Shown piece after piece: positions 9,806 to 19,120 of a DNA stretch of 64,000 bases. Made by a program: the position numbers and the translations under genes. Every line of letters starts with the position of its first letter. The first letter of the stretch is position 1. Under the pieces are notes generated by a model, which did not search any database, was not told the origin of the DNA, and worked only from the letters and a program-made list of their open reading frames with translations. Source of the stretch: an uncultured Acidobacteriota bacterium (GTDB lineage: Bacteria > Actinomycetota > Acidimicrobiia > Spongiisociales > ZC4RG35); NCBI GenBank assembly GCA_963724825.1, contig CAVRWT010000020.1, positions 45,327 through 109,326 on the forward strand, written 5' to 3'.

Positions 9806-10315
9806 TCAGATTTCTGTCACTGTGATCGAGTTGATGATTGCGTCGTTTGTCGGACGGTCGCGACGGTCGGTTTCAGTGCCCGCGATCGAGTCGACCACCT
9901 CGATGCCCGAGGTCACCTTTCCGAAGATCGTGTAGGAATGGGGGAGTCCAACATCCCTGTGGCATATGAAGAATTGGGAGCCGTTGGTGTTCGGCCCGGC
10001 GTTGGCCATGGCAACCGTGCCCCGTGCGTAATTGCCCTCACCATCCAACTCGTCGCGGAACTTGTAGCCGGGCCCGCCACTGCCGGTTCCGGTCGGGTCT
10101 CCGCCCTGGATCATGAAGTCCTCTATCACCCGATGGAAGACGATCCCGTCGTAATAGCCCTCCCGGCTGAGGAAGACGAAGTTGTTGACGGCGATGGGCG
10201 AGCGCACCGCGTCGAACTCGATTTCGATCACGCCGTGATTGGTGTCGACCGTTGCCGAATAGGTCTTGTCGAGGTCGATCAGGAGGTCGGGAGGGCCTGA
10301 GTACTGGTTGGCCAT
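9806..10315 (-). CDS. cyclophilin-type peptidyl-prolyl cis-trans isomerase
   Basis: FHRVIEDFMIQGGDPTGTGSGGPGY and SQFFI motifs. ATG at 10315 (M98 of the long ORF). Confidence 0.9.
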   Translation of the reverse strand: MANQYSGPPDLLIDLDKTYSATVDTNHGVIEIEFDAVRSPIAVNNFVFLSREGYYDGIVFHRVIEDFMIQGGDPTGTGSGGPGYKFRDELDGEGNYARGTVAMANAGPNTNGSQFFICHRDVGLPHSYTIFGKVTSGIEVVDSIAGTETDRRDRPTNDAIINSITVTEI

Positions 10316-10355
10316 GATGCTCTGCTTTCTGGTGGGGTAATCGGATGCGACCTGA

Positions 10356-10937
10356 TCAGCTGACGAAGTAGGCAGGGGTGTTGCCGCTCCGCCATTTGAT
10401 CGAGCACCCCATCGATGGTCTCTGGATCTCGCTAACCGGCTCGCCGGAGAGCAATGCCTGCGCTGCCGCGCGAAGGTCGCCCCCGGTGACCGGGATCTCG
10501 TTGGCCGGCCGGGCGCTGTCGAACTGGCCTCTGTAGACGAGGCGCCGGTCGCGGTCGAAGAGGAAGAAGTCGGGGGTGCACATTGCGGTGTAGGCCGCCG
10601 CGGCACTCTGCGCTTCGTCGAACAGGTACGGGAAGGTGTAACCCTGGATCTCGGCCTCGACTTTCATGGCCTCAGGCGAGTCCTCGGGATGCGAAGCCGG
10701 GTCGTTTGAGTTGATGGCGACTATCGCCAGCCCGCTGTCCTCGTAGTCGCGGCCGAAGCGCGCCAACTCGGAGCGCACGTGCTTGACATAGGGACAGTGA
10801 TTGCAGATGAACATCACCAGCAGGGCCGGTGAGTCAGAGAAGTCATCCAGTGACACGGTCCTGCCGGACACGGTGTCCAGAAGGGAGAAGTCGGGCGCCT
10901 CTGTGCCCAGGGCGAGCATGGTCGAAGTAACAGCCAT
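10356..10937 (-). CDS. thioredoxin-fold thiol-disulfide oxidoreductase (AhpC/TSA-like)
   Basis: CNHCPY (CxxC) motif in a thioredoxin-like fold. 193 aa. Confidence 0.8.
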   Translation of the reverse strand: MAVTSTMLALGTEAPDFSLLDTVSGRTVSLDDFSDSPALLVMFICNHCPYVKHVRSELARFGRDYEDSGLAIVAINSNDPASHPEDSPEAMKVEAEIQGYTFPYLFDEAQSAAAAYTAMCTPDFFLFDRDRRLVYRGQFDSARPANEIPVTGGDLRAAAQALLSGEPVSEIQRPSMGCSIKWRSGNTPAYFVS

Positions 10938-10975
10938 CGATTGAAGGTCCTTCCGTGAGATCGGGTTCTCGAAGT

Positions 10976-12460
10976 CTAAGGCTGGTTGAACCGTGCGATC
11001 ACATCGCCGAAGGCCTCGATGCTGCCGGTCTCCGCCACGTCGGGAAGGCCGACGATGGAATGGGTGGCACCTGCATCGTGATACGCCTCGAACAGCCCCA
11101 CCAGGTCGTCCACCGTCCCCGCGTTGTTCCGGTTCGAGTAGGCCTCAGCCGACTGGTCGCGACTACGAGCGCGGTCGACCCTTTCCGCGAGCTCTCGACG
11201 GTCACGGCCGACCATCGCCGATGTGAGGTGGGTGACTTCGATCTCGGCGGGGTCGCGTCCACTCTCGGAACAGTGGTGGGCAAGGATCTCCACCTTGCGG
11301 GCAACGGTCTCAGGCTTCCCGAAAAGGTTGCAGGCGTCGGCGTATCGGGCGACCAAGGCCAGCGTCTTCCGCTCGCCAGACCCTCCGATCGTGATCGGGA
11401 TGTGCTCCTGTATCGGGCGGGGGTAGCAAACGAGCTCCGACGCCGAGAAGATGCGCCCTTCGAAAGAGGGCGAGCCCTTGCCCCAGAGCAACGGGAGCAT
11501 CTCGAGCGTGTCCTCGAGCAGGGCATAGCGCTCGCTCACCGGGGGGAAGACCCATCCGTATCCGGCGTGCTCTTCCTCATTCCAGCCGATGCCCAAACCG
11601 CAGTTGGCCCGGCCCGACGAGAGGACATCGAGGGTGGCGATCATCTTCCCGACCAGCGCCGGGTTCCGGTAGGTGATGCCTGTCACCAGGGTCCCCAGGC
11701 GGATCCGGCTGGTCACTCCCGCGATGTATCCGAGCGCGGTGTAGGCCTCGGGGATGTCCTCCCAAGGGCGCCCTACCGCCGGGATCTGGCGGAAGTGATC
11801 CATGAGCCAGAGGTCACGGAATCCGGCGAGCTCGGCCCGACGGGCGATGTCGGCGAGGCTCTCTGCCATAGCTGCCGGTCCACCGTCCCAGGCAAACCGG
11901 GACACGGACAGCCCGAAGCTGTGCGGCGCAGTAGGCCCGGTCGCCTGTGGCTCGAGCGCCGCACTCACAAACGCGGGTGGGACCACAGCGACCGGCTGCT
12001 GGTGGTGGATCCCGTCGAAACCTTCACCCTCCAGCGCCGGGACGAGCGATCGGAACCGGCTGATCTGCTTTTGGATCACCGACTTCGGGATCGGTTTCGA
12101 ACGCAGATCGTTTCTGCGCTCGCATTCCTCACCTGCGGTGTCGAAGACAACGCCGTGGACCGGGATCCCGGCCGAGTGGGCCAGGTCGATCCAACCAGCA
12201 CGGCGCTTGTCGTCGAATCCCAGGGTGTCGATCACCGTCGTCAACCGGCGGCCTATCCGCTCGGCGACGATCCGCTCCAGGATTTCGAATGCTGCCGTGC
12301 TGGCACGCTGATCGTCCTCACCGGTCCCGACCATCGCCCGCAGCTGGTCCGAGGAGACGATCTCGCCGGACCGAAAGTGCTCGTTTGCCCATGTCGTCTT
12401 GCCGGAACCGGACGGTCCGATGAGGACGATGAGGCTCGGGGCGGGGAGACGCAGCTCCAT
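10976..12460 (-). CDS. fusion protein: N-terminal P-loop kinase (AAA_33/polynucleotide-kinase-like) plus C-terminal LLM-class F420-type oxidoreductase
   Basis: N-terminus LIVLIGPSGSGKTTWA ... VIDTLG. C-terminus from about residue 190 has FRDLWLMDHF, GLGIGWNEEEH and GGSGERKTL, the luciferase-like motifs. A single uninterrupted 494-aa ORF. Confidence 0.8.
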   Translation of the reverse strand: MELRLPAPSLIVLIGPSGSGKTTWANEHFRSGEIVSSDQLRAMVGTGEDDQRASTAAFEILERIVAERIGRRLTTVIDTLGFDDKRRAGWIDLAHSAGIPVHGVVFDTAGEECERRNDLRSKPIPKSVIQKQISRFRSLVPALEGEGFDGIHHQQPVAVVPPAFVSAALEPQATGPTAPHSFGLSVSRFAWDGGPAAMAESLADIARRAELAGFRDLWLMDHFRQIPAVGRPWEDIPEAYTALGYIAGVTSRIRLGTLVTGITYRNPALVGKMIATLDVLSSGRANCGLGIGWNEEEHAGYGWVFPPVSERYALLEDTLEMLPLLWGKGSPSFEGRIFSASELVCYPRPIQEHIPITIGGSGERKTLALVARYADACNLFGKPETVARKVEILAHHCSESGRDPAEIEVTHLTSAMVGRDRRELAERVDRARSRDQSAEAYSNRNNAGTVDDLVGLFEAYHDAGATHSIVGLPDVAETGSIEAFGDVIARFNQP

Positions 12461-12494
12461 TGGGCTGTTCTAGTCGGGCGATCGGTAACCTGAC

Positions 12495-13391
12495 GTGGTG
12501 ACTCCCTCGCCAGCGGCCCCTTTCGGCCATGTCGCCACCGCCATGATCACTCCATTCACCGATTCCGGTGTGATCGATCACGAGAAGGCGTGGCGTCTGG
12601 CCCGTTACCTCGCCGAGCACGGGTCACAGGCGCTGGTGGTCACCGGCACGACCGGTGAGTCACCGACTCTCAGCGCCAACGAGAAGGTCGCCCTCTACAA
12701 GACCGTGGTCGACGCGGTCAAGGAGAAGAACACGTTCGTCATCGCAGGAACCGGCAGCTACAACACTGCGGAGTCAGTCGAGTTGACCGGGAAAGCCGGT
12801 GAGCTCGGTTGCCACGGCGTGCTGGCGGTGACCCCGTACTACAACAAACCCGGGCAATCCGGCCTGATCGCCCACTTCAGCGCGATGGCCGACGTCGGGG
12901 TGCCGGTGATGCTCTACAACATCCCCGGTCGCACCGGGCGCCTGATCGAGGTCGAGACTCTCGCCCGGCTCAGCGAGCACGACAACATCGTTGCCGTCAA
13001 GGACGCCGTGGAGAACATCGATTTCACCAGTCAGACGATCAATCGCGTCCCCGGGCTGCCGGTGTACTCGGGCCAGGACTCGCACACCTGGCCGATGATG
13101 GCCGTCGGGGCTGTCGGGGTGGTCTCGGTGATCTCACACCTGGCAGGCCCGACCGTGGCCGCCATGGTGAAGGCCGCGATAGCCGGCGACGTTGCCGAGG
13201 CTCGTCGTTTGCATCACGAGCTTCTGCCTCTTTGCGAAGCCTGCTTCCTCGAGACCAATCCCACGCCGGTCAAGGGCGCCATGAACCGACTCTGGGAACC
13301 GGTCGGAGATGTCAGGCTTCCCTTGGTGGCCGCCTCCGAGGAGACCTTGATCGCAGTGGAGAAGGCGGTGGGGGCCATCCAGGGGCTATGA
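12495..13391 (+). CDS. dapA: 4-hydroxy-tetrahydrodipicolinate synthase
   Basis: TAMITPF, GTTGES and TPYYNKP motifs. GTG start. Confidence 0.9.
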   Translation: MVTPSPAAPFGHVATAMITPFTDSGVIDHEKAWRLARYLAEHGSQALVVTGTTGESPTLSANEKVALYKTVVDAVKEKNTFVIAGTGSYNTAESVELTGKAGELGCHGVLAVTPYYNKPGQSGLIAHFSAMADVGVPVMLYNIPGRTGRLIEVETLARLSEHDNIVAVKDAVENIDFTSQTINRVPGLPVYSGQDSHTWPMMAVGAVGVVSVISHLAGPTVAAMVKAAIAGDVAEARRLHHELLPLCEACFLETNPTPVKGAMNRLWEPVGDVRLPLVAASEETLIAVEKAVGAIQGL

Positions 13392-15022
13392 GTGTCTCCG
13401 TAACATTTCTGGGGGGTCTGGGGGAGATCGGGCGCAACTGCGCCGCAGTCGAGATCGGGGGCAAGATCGCCCTCATCGACTGCGGGCTGATGTTCCCCGA
13501 GGAGGACATGCTCGGTGTCGACCTCGTCTTCCCCGATTGGTCGTGGTTGGTGGAGCGGATTGCCGATGTGGAATGCGTCATCGTCACCCATGGCCATGAG
13601 GACCATGTCGGGGCCCTTGCCTACTTCTTGAAGGTGATCAACGTCCCGGTCTACGGGACCCGACTCAGCATGGAACTGGCCCGAGGCCGGATCGAGGAAC
13701 TAGGGGTCGAAGCCGACCTTCGCGTGGTCGAGGTGAAGAAGTGGATCGACCACGGCCCGTTCAAATTCCAGCTGATCCCGGTGAGCCACTCGGTGCCCGA
13801 GGCTGCCGCGGTGGCCCTGGACACGCCTGAAGGGGTGATTGTCCATTCCGGCGACTTCAAGCTCGATCCGACTCCGATCGATCAGATTCCGACCGACCTT
13901 CCCGCCTTCGCCTCGCTTGGCCGGCGCGGGGTGCGCCTCCTGCTGGCCGACTCGACCAACGCCGAGAAACCCGGCTTCGAGCCCTCGGAGAGCTCGGTGG
14001 GCCGACCGATCGCGGACATCGTCCGGGATGCGCCCGGCCGTGTGATTGCGGCCTGCTTCTCCTCCCACATCCATCGGGTGCAGCAAATCACCGATGCCGG
14101 GATCGCCGCCGGCCGCAAGGTCGCCTTCTTCGGCCGGTCGATGCATCGCAACACGACGGTGGCCACCGAGCTCGGCCTCCTCGCCGTGCCAGAGAAATCC
14201 CTGGTCGACATCGGAGAGTTGGGCCAGCTCCCCCCGAGCCAGCAAATGCTTATCACCACCGGCAGCCAGGGTGAGCCGTTCGCCGCGCTTTCGCTCATGT
14301 CGCAGGGCCGGCATCGGTTCGTCGAGCTCGGGCCCGACGACACGGTGCTCATCTCAGCCAAGCCGATACCGGGCAACGAGACCGCCGTCTCCAAGGTGAT
14401 CTCGAATCTGACCCGGCGTGGCGCCACCGTGGTCCATGGGCAGAACGCCAACGTCCATGTCTCGGGTCATGCCAACAGCGAGGAGCTGCTCACCTTCCTC
14501 AACCTGTTACGGCCCCGGGCCTTCGTGCCCGTCCACGGCGAATACCGCCACCTCCATGCCCACGCCGAGCTGGCACGTCGGATGGGGGTCCCCGCGGTCG
14601 ACGTCCTCGAAGATGGCGACAGGGTCATCCTTCAAGGCAAGAAGACCATGGTCGAGCGTCGGGCGGTCCCTGCCGGCTACGTCTACCTCGACGGCTTCTC
14701 CGTTGGAGATGTCCAGTCGGCCGTGCTCCGTGACCGCTCCCACCTCGCCGACGAGGGTGTGGTCGTGGTGACGGTCGGCATCGACCACGACACCGGGGAG
14801 ATCCTCTACGGGCCGGACCTCGACAGTCACGGGGTGATGGATGACCCGACAACTGTCCTGGCGAAGGCGGCAGACGCGGTCCGGGAGGCAATTCGGGAGC
14901 ACGCCACCGGGCGAAGCGACATCGGTGAGTTGCAGAAGACCGTCCGCTCGGCGGCGGGTCGAGTGATCAAGGCTGAGATCGCTCGCAAGCCGGTGATCGT
15001 GCCGGTTGTGTTCGAGTTGTAG
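13388..15022 (+). CDS. rnj: ribonuclease J
   Basis: The metallo-beta-lactamase HGHEDHVGAL motif and the beta-CASP layout. ATG at 13388 overlaps the dapA stop (ATGA). Confidence 0.9.
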   Translation: MSVSVTFLGGLGEIGRNCAAVEIGGKIALIDCGLMFPEEDMLGVDLVFPDWSWLVERIADVECVIVTHGHEDHVGALAYFLKVINVPVYGTRLSMELARGRIEELGVEADLRVVEVKKWIDHGPFKFQLIPVSHSVPEAAAVALDTPEGVIVHSGDFKLDPTPIDQIPTDLPAFASLGRRGVRLLLADSTNAEKPGFEPSESSVGRPIADIVRDAPGRVIAACFSSHIHRVQQITDAGIAAGRKVAFFGRSMHRNTTVATELGLLAVPEKSLVDIGELGQLPPSQQMLITTGSQGEPFAALSLMSQGRHRFVELGPDDTVLISAKPIPGNETAVSKVISNLTRRGATVVHGQNANVHVSGHANSEELLTFLNLLRPRAFVPVHGEYRHLHAHAELARRMGVPAVDVLEDGDRVILQGKKTMVERRAVPAGYVYLDGFSVGDVQSAVLRDRSHLADEGVVVVTVGIDHDTGEILYGPDLDSHGVMDDPTTVLAKAADAVREAIREHATGRSDIGELQKTVRSAAGRVIKAEIARKPVIVPVVFEL

Positions 15023-15025
15023 AGA

Positions 15026-15901
15026 TCACCAGCCCACGCAGGGCGGGTACTTCTCCTGAGCCTGCGCCTGAGTGATCGGAAAGTCGACCGTCACCAGCAC
15101 GGGGTCGCTGAACGTCGATCCGTCGTACTCGTAAAACCGCCCATCGCCGCTGCCGAAGTCCGGATGCTCGCCTATCCCAATGGTGTCGCCGATAAGTCCC
15201 AGCTGGAACATGGAGACACCGTCGGCTCCACATGAGAACCAATCGATGTGGGAGGCACCTCCACCCATCCAAATGTCGGGCACTGTCCCGTCCGAGAGCG
15301 AGACCGGAGTCAATGCGCAGTCCCTGAGCACGATGAGCCCGTAGACCGGTCCCACCCCGCCTGCGCCGATGTCGGCCACGATGAGGCGATCGCCCGACAT
15401 CTTCACGATCCCGACGGGGCCACTACCAAATCCGTCGCCATTGTCGATTGTGTCGGTTCGCAGGGTCGTTCCCCAGTCGGTGGAAAGGGTCACGTGGAGA
15501 AAGATCCCGCCCTCGCTGGAATAGCCGGTGACGGTGTCCTTGTATCCATCACCGTCGACATCTCCGGACAGGCGAGTCAGCTCAGCCGCGCCCGTCGGGA
15601 TCTCGGAAGATGGCTCGTCATCGCAGGCGTGAGACGGTGGGGGCTTGGTGGTGGTCGTAGTTGGTGGTGTCGTGGTCGTTGTCGACGCCTCTGTGGTCGT
15701 AGTCGGCGCGATGGTCGTCGTGGTTGCGAGCGTCGTTGTCGTAGTTGGGGCTCGAGTGGTGCTCGTCGATGTTGCCGGAATGGTGGTCGAGGTGGTTCCC
15801 GTCAGCTCGGGCCCGGCTCCACAAGCCATGACCATCGCGGCGAGCAGCGTCACGATCACGGCATTGGTTCGGCGGGTCGAGAGACGGCAATCCATGAACA
15901 T
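15026..15901 (-). CDS. lipoprotein with Thr/Pro-rich linker and FG-GAP/VCBS-like DxDGDG motif
   Basis: LLAAMVMAC lipobox, about 70 aa of T/P-rich low complexity, then DVDGDGYKD and Gly/Asp-rich beta-type sequence. Confidence 0.65.
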   Translation of the reverse strand: MFMDCRLSTRRTNAVIVTLLAAMVMACGAGPELTGTTSTTIPATSTSTTRAPTTTTTLATTTTIAPTTTTEASTTTTTPPTTTTTKPPPSHACDDEPSSEIPTGAAELTRLSGDVDGDGYKDTVTGYSSEGGIFLHVTLSTDWGTTLRTDTIDNGDGFGSGPVGIVKMSGDRLIVADIGAGGVGPVYGLIVLRDCALTPVSLSDGTVPDIWMGGGASHIDWFSCGADGVSMFQLGLIGDTIGIGEHPDFGSGDGRFYEYDGSTFSDPVLVTVDFPITQAQAQEKYPPCVGW

Positions 15902-15930
15902 CCAGAGTCCGGATGTATTCTTTCAGATAC

Positions 15931-18213
15931 ATGCCAGGTAGGACACCCACCCGAAAGGGCTCCACCGGGCGGAGACGGGTGTCACAACCGAAAAAAACCA
16001 AGCCGCAAAAGGGAACGTTTCGTCAAAAGCTGGTGACGTCACGTGACTACGTGCGGAACACGCTGGGCCGCCAGACCGACGATGTCTGGGGTCTGGCCCT
16101 CATCGTCATTGCCATCCTCGTAGTTCTGGCGTTCCTCAGGAAGGCCGGACCGGTAGGCGAGGGCATCGAGACCGGGTCGATCTTCCTCTTCGGAGTGTGG
16201 CGTTTTGCCGTACCGCTGGCCCTGGTCGGAGTCGGTGTGGCCCTGATCATCGGAAAGCCCCGTGAGGGAGCCCGTCGCCTGGTGGCTGGGAGCATCGCCG
16301 CCTTCATCGGCTCGCTCGCCCTGTTCCACCTTCTCACCGGGGCAATAGCCCTGATGCCGAACGTCGAGTTGGTCAAAGAGCGTGGGGGCGCTGTCGGTGC
16401 CTTGCTTGCATTCCCCCTTCGACGGGTCCTCGGGCAGTGGGGCGCCTTCGTGGTCCTGGTCTCCATCATGGCGATGGGCGTCCTGGTCGCCACCCACACC
16501 AGTGTCCGGGAGCTGTTCCTCGGTGTCGGCGAAGCCTTCAAGTCGGCACGCCGCCTTGCCGCCACCACTGCTGTGGGTGGCCACACGGCCGGTTCCTCAC
16601 ATGTTTCCAAAGCTCCGGTAGTCGATGCCACGCCCTCACGCGGCAAACACGAGCGGCCGAAGCGGTCCCGACCGAAACCGGAGAAACCCGTCGAGAAGCC
16701 AATGGCTTCTCCGATGAAGCCCGCCCCGGCGACAGTGGTCGACCTGACCTCCACCGGTTACAAGCTGCCGCCCCTGCGACTCCTCGATGCCGGCACCGGA
16801 GGCGAAGTCAACCGACGGTCGCTCGAGGACACCGCTCACCAGTTGGAAGAAACCCTGATCCAACACGGGGTGGATGCGACGTTGACCAAGATCGTCCCCG
16901 GGCCAACCGTTACCCGCTACGAGATCGAACTGGCTCCTGGGGTCAAGGTGAACCGGGTGTCTAGCCTTTCTCACGACATTGCCTACGCCCTGGCCACCCC
17001 GGACGTTCGGATCCTGGTCCCGATCCCCGGCAAGTCGGCCATCGGCGTCGAGGTGCCCAACAACAAACGCCGCCTGGTCTCGCTTGGCGACATTCTCTCC
17101 AGTCCCGAAGCCGCCATCCCTGCCCATCCGTTGACGGTGGGCCTCGGGATGGACATCTCGGGCGACTCGAAGATGCTCAACCTCTCCGAGCTGCCCCACG
17201 TGCTGATCGCAGGGGCCACCGGCGCCGGCAAGTCGTCGTGCATCAACTCGATCGTCACCTCGCTGCTGATGCGGACCCACCCCGATGATGTGCGTCTGAT
17301 CATGGTCGACCCCAAGCGGGTCGAGCTCGGCCAGTACAACGGGGTGCCCCATCTCCTGACGCGGGTGATCACCAATCCCAAGAAGGCCAACGACGCCCTG
17401 AAGTGGGCAGTTGCCGAGATGGACCGTCGCTACGACCTGCTCGCCGACGCCAAGGTCCGTGACATCGAGGGTTACCGGGAGAAGTGGGAAGCCGGCGGGC
17501 TCGATCCAGACGGGTTCGACCGGTTCCCGTACATCGTCGTTCTGATCGACGAGCTCAATGACTTGATGATGGTTGCCGGACGCGAGGTCGAGGAGTCGAT
17601 AGTTCGCATCGCCCAGATGGCCCGTGCCGTCGGGATCCATCTCGTCATCGCCACCCAACGGCCATCGGTGGATGTGATCACAGGTGTCATCAAGGCCAAT
17701 GTCCCCAGCCGCCTCGCCTTCAGCGTGGCATCGCAGACCGACAGCCGGGTCATCCTCGACGGCTCGGGTGCGGAGAAGCTGGTGGGGATGGGCGACATGC
17801 TCGTGGTGACCGCCAAGGAGCCGCGGGCCCAGCGCATCCAGGGTGCCTGGGTGCGTGAGAGCGAGATCCAGGCGGTCGTCGATTGGGTGCGACAGCAGAA
17901 GGAAGCCGTCTATCAAGACCAGGAAGTGCTCGAGGTGGTTGCGGCGGCGGCCGCAGCCCAGGCCGAGGACGAGGATGACGAAGATGCCGCCCTGGCCCGT
18001 GAGGCCATGGAAATGGTGGTCCGCAGCCAGCTCGGATCGACATCGATGCTGCAACGCAAGATGCGGATCGGGTTCGCCCGGGCCGGCAGGGTGATGGACA
18101 TGCTCGAGCGCAAAGGCGTGGTCGGGCCCTCACAGGGGAGCAAGGCACGGGAGGTCCTGATGACTGTCGAGGAATTGGAAGACGCCCTCGCCCACGAGGC
18201 GGTCGAGGTCTGA
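15931..18213 (+). CDS. ftsK: DNA translocase FtsK
   Basis: N-terminal TM helices, a basic linker, Walker A GATGAGKS, and a C-terminal gamma winged helix (MLQRKMRIGFARAGRVMDMLE). The start could be 15913 or 15931. Confidence 0.9.
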   Translation: MPGRTPTRKGSTGRRRVSQPKKTKPQKGTFRQKLVTSRDYVRNTLGRQTDDVWGLALIVIAILVVLAFLRKAGPVGEGIETGSIFLFGVWRFAVPLALVGVGVALIIGKPREGARRLVAGSIAAFIGSLALFHLLTGAIALMPNVELVKERGGAVGALLAFPLRRVLGQWGAFVVLVSIMAMGVLVATHTSVRELFLGVGEAFKSARRLAATTAVGGHTAGSSHVSKAPVVDATPSRGKHERPKRSRPKPEKPVEKPMASPMKPAPATVVDLTSTGYKLPPLRLLDAGTGGEVNRRSLEDTAHQLEETLIQHGVDATLTKIVPGPTVTRYEIELAPGVKVNRVSSLSHDIAYALATPDVRILVPIPGKSAIGVEVPNNKRRLVSLGDILSSPEAAIPAHPLTVGLGMDISGDSKMLNLSELPHVLIAGATGAGKSSCINSIVTSLLMRTHPDDVRLIMVDPKRVELGQYNGVPHLLTRVITNPKKANDALKWAVAEMDRRYDLLADAKVRDIEGYREKWEAGGLDPDGFDRFPYIVVLIDELNDLMMVAGREVEESIVRIAQMARAVGIHLVIATQRPSVDVITGVIKANVPSRLAFSVASQTDSRVILDGSGAEKLVGMGDMLVVTAKEPRAQRIQGAWVRESEIQAVVDWVRQQKEAVYQDQEVLEVVAAAAAAQAEDEDDEDAALAREAMEMVVRSQLGSTSMLQRKMRIGFARAGRVMDMLERKGVVGPSQGSKAREVLMTVEELEDALAHEAVEV

Positions 18214-18277
18214 CCGACCTCGTGGTGTGAAGGGCGGATCTGGGAGCCTGTGGTAGGTTTGGCCCCAGGTCCCTGAT

Positions 18278-19062
18278 ATGAACCTGGTTTTCACTCTTGG
18301 TCTCGTAGTCGCTGTGGCAGCAGCCGCCCGCTCCACCTGGTCACCTTGCGGGCTGTCGATGCTCTCGACCATCACCCCCATAACCGAACAAGCCCGGGGG
18401 CGCAGGTATTGGGCCACTGTTCCCTGGTACGTCCTGGGTGCGGTCGCGGGGGCGCGACGCTCGGGCTTCTCGCCGCGGTTCTTGCTCTGCCAGTCCGGGC
18501 CCTCGACCTTTCGACTTCCGCCGCGTTGGCCATCGTGGCCGTGCTGGCGATCGTCAGCATCCTCTCCGACCTGAGGGTGGGGGGTTTCCAACTTCCCCGC
18601 CATGGGCGCCAGGTCGACCGGCTCTGGCTCGATCACTACCGGTCCTGGGTCTACGGGACTGGATTCGGATGGCAGATCGGGGTGGGGTTGGCGACCTATA
18701 TCGTCACTTCGGCGGTTTACCTCGCGGTCGCGATCGCGGCCCTGACCGGGTCGCCTGTCGAAGCGTTTTGGACCGGGCTGATCTTCGGGACGGTGCGCGG
18801 TTTGGCGATCTTCCTCGGCGTTGGAGCCACCACGCTCGAGGCTCTGCGGTCGCTGCATCGGAGGATCCACACGCTCGAGCCGGCATCCCGGGTTGCGATG
18901 TTCGCGACTCAGGCCGCGGTTGCGGTGATCGCAATCGGCAATGTTTGGCGCTGGACGGGGGCTGTTGGGGCGGGAGTGCTGTTGGTCGGCGTTGCCATCT
19001 ACAGCTTCCGCAAGGGCACGGCCCGGCCCACCGTTCCCGGCCAGAGCCCCGTCGTAATCTGA
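18278..19062 (+). pseudogene. DsbD_2/CcdA-like membrane protein, frame broken in a G5 run
   Basis: Frame 2 reads MNLVFTLGLVVAVAAAARSTWSPCGLSMLSTITP...WYVLGAVAG. The protein continues seamlessly in frame 1 as GATLGLLAAVLALPV... to 19062. The junction is at GGGGG 18448-18452. Confidence 0.6.
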
Positions 19063-19120
19063 CCGCCGGGCTTCAGCTCCTCTGTCCTATCAGACCCATG
19101 CCATCTAGGCTCGCCGCCGA

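Noticed and set aside
10955-12493. 512-aa ORF on the + strand
   Set aside because: It is antisense to the kinase-LLM fusion gene. Its composition is Arg/Gly/Pro/Asp-rich with no motifs, which is the typical shadow ORF of a high-GC gene.
13405-13430. CTGGGGGGTCTGGGGGAG, which resembles the repeat's G-rich arm
   Set aside because: It encodes the conserved FLGGLGEIG N-terminus of RNase J. There is no matching C-rich arm and no loop sequence.
15630-15800. Short tandem-looking repeats (GGTGGTCGT-type) that could suggest a repeat array
   Set aside because: They are the antisense of Thr/Pro codons of the lipoprotein linker. There is no spacer-repeat periodicity and this is not a CRISPR array.
16636-18054. 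472-aa ORF on the - strand
   Set aside because: It is antisense to ftsK, has low-complexity His/Gly/Asp/Arg composition, and no family resemblance.
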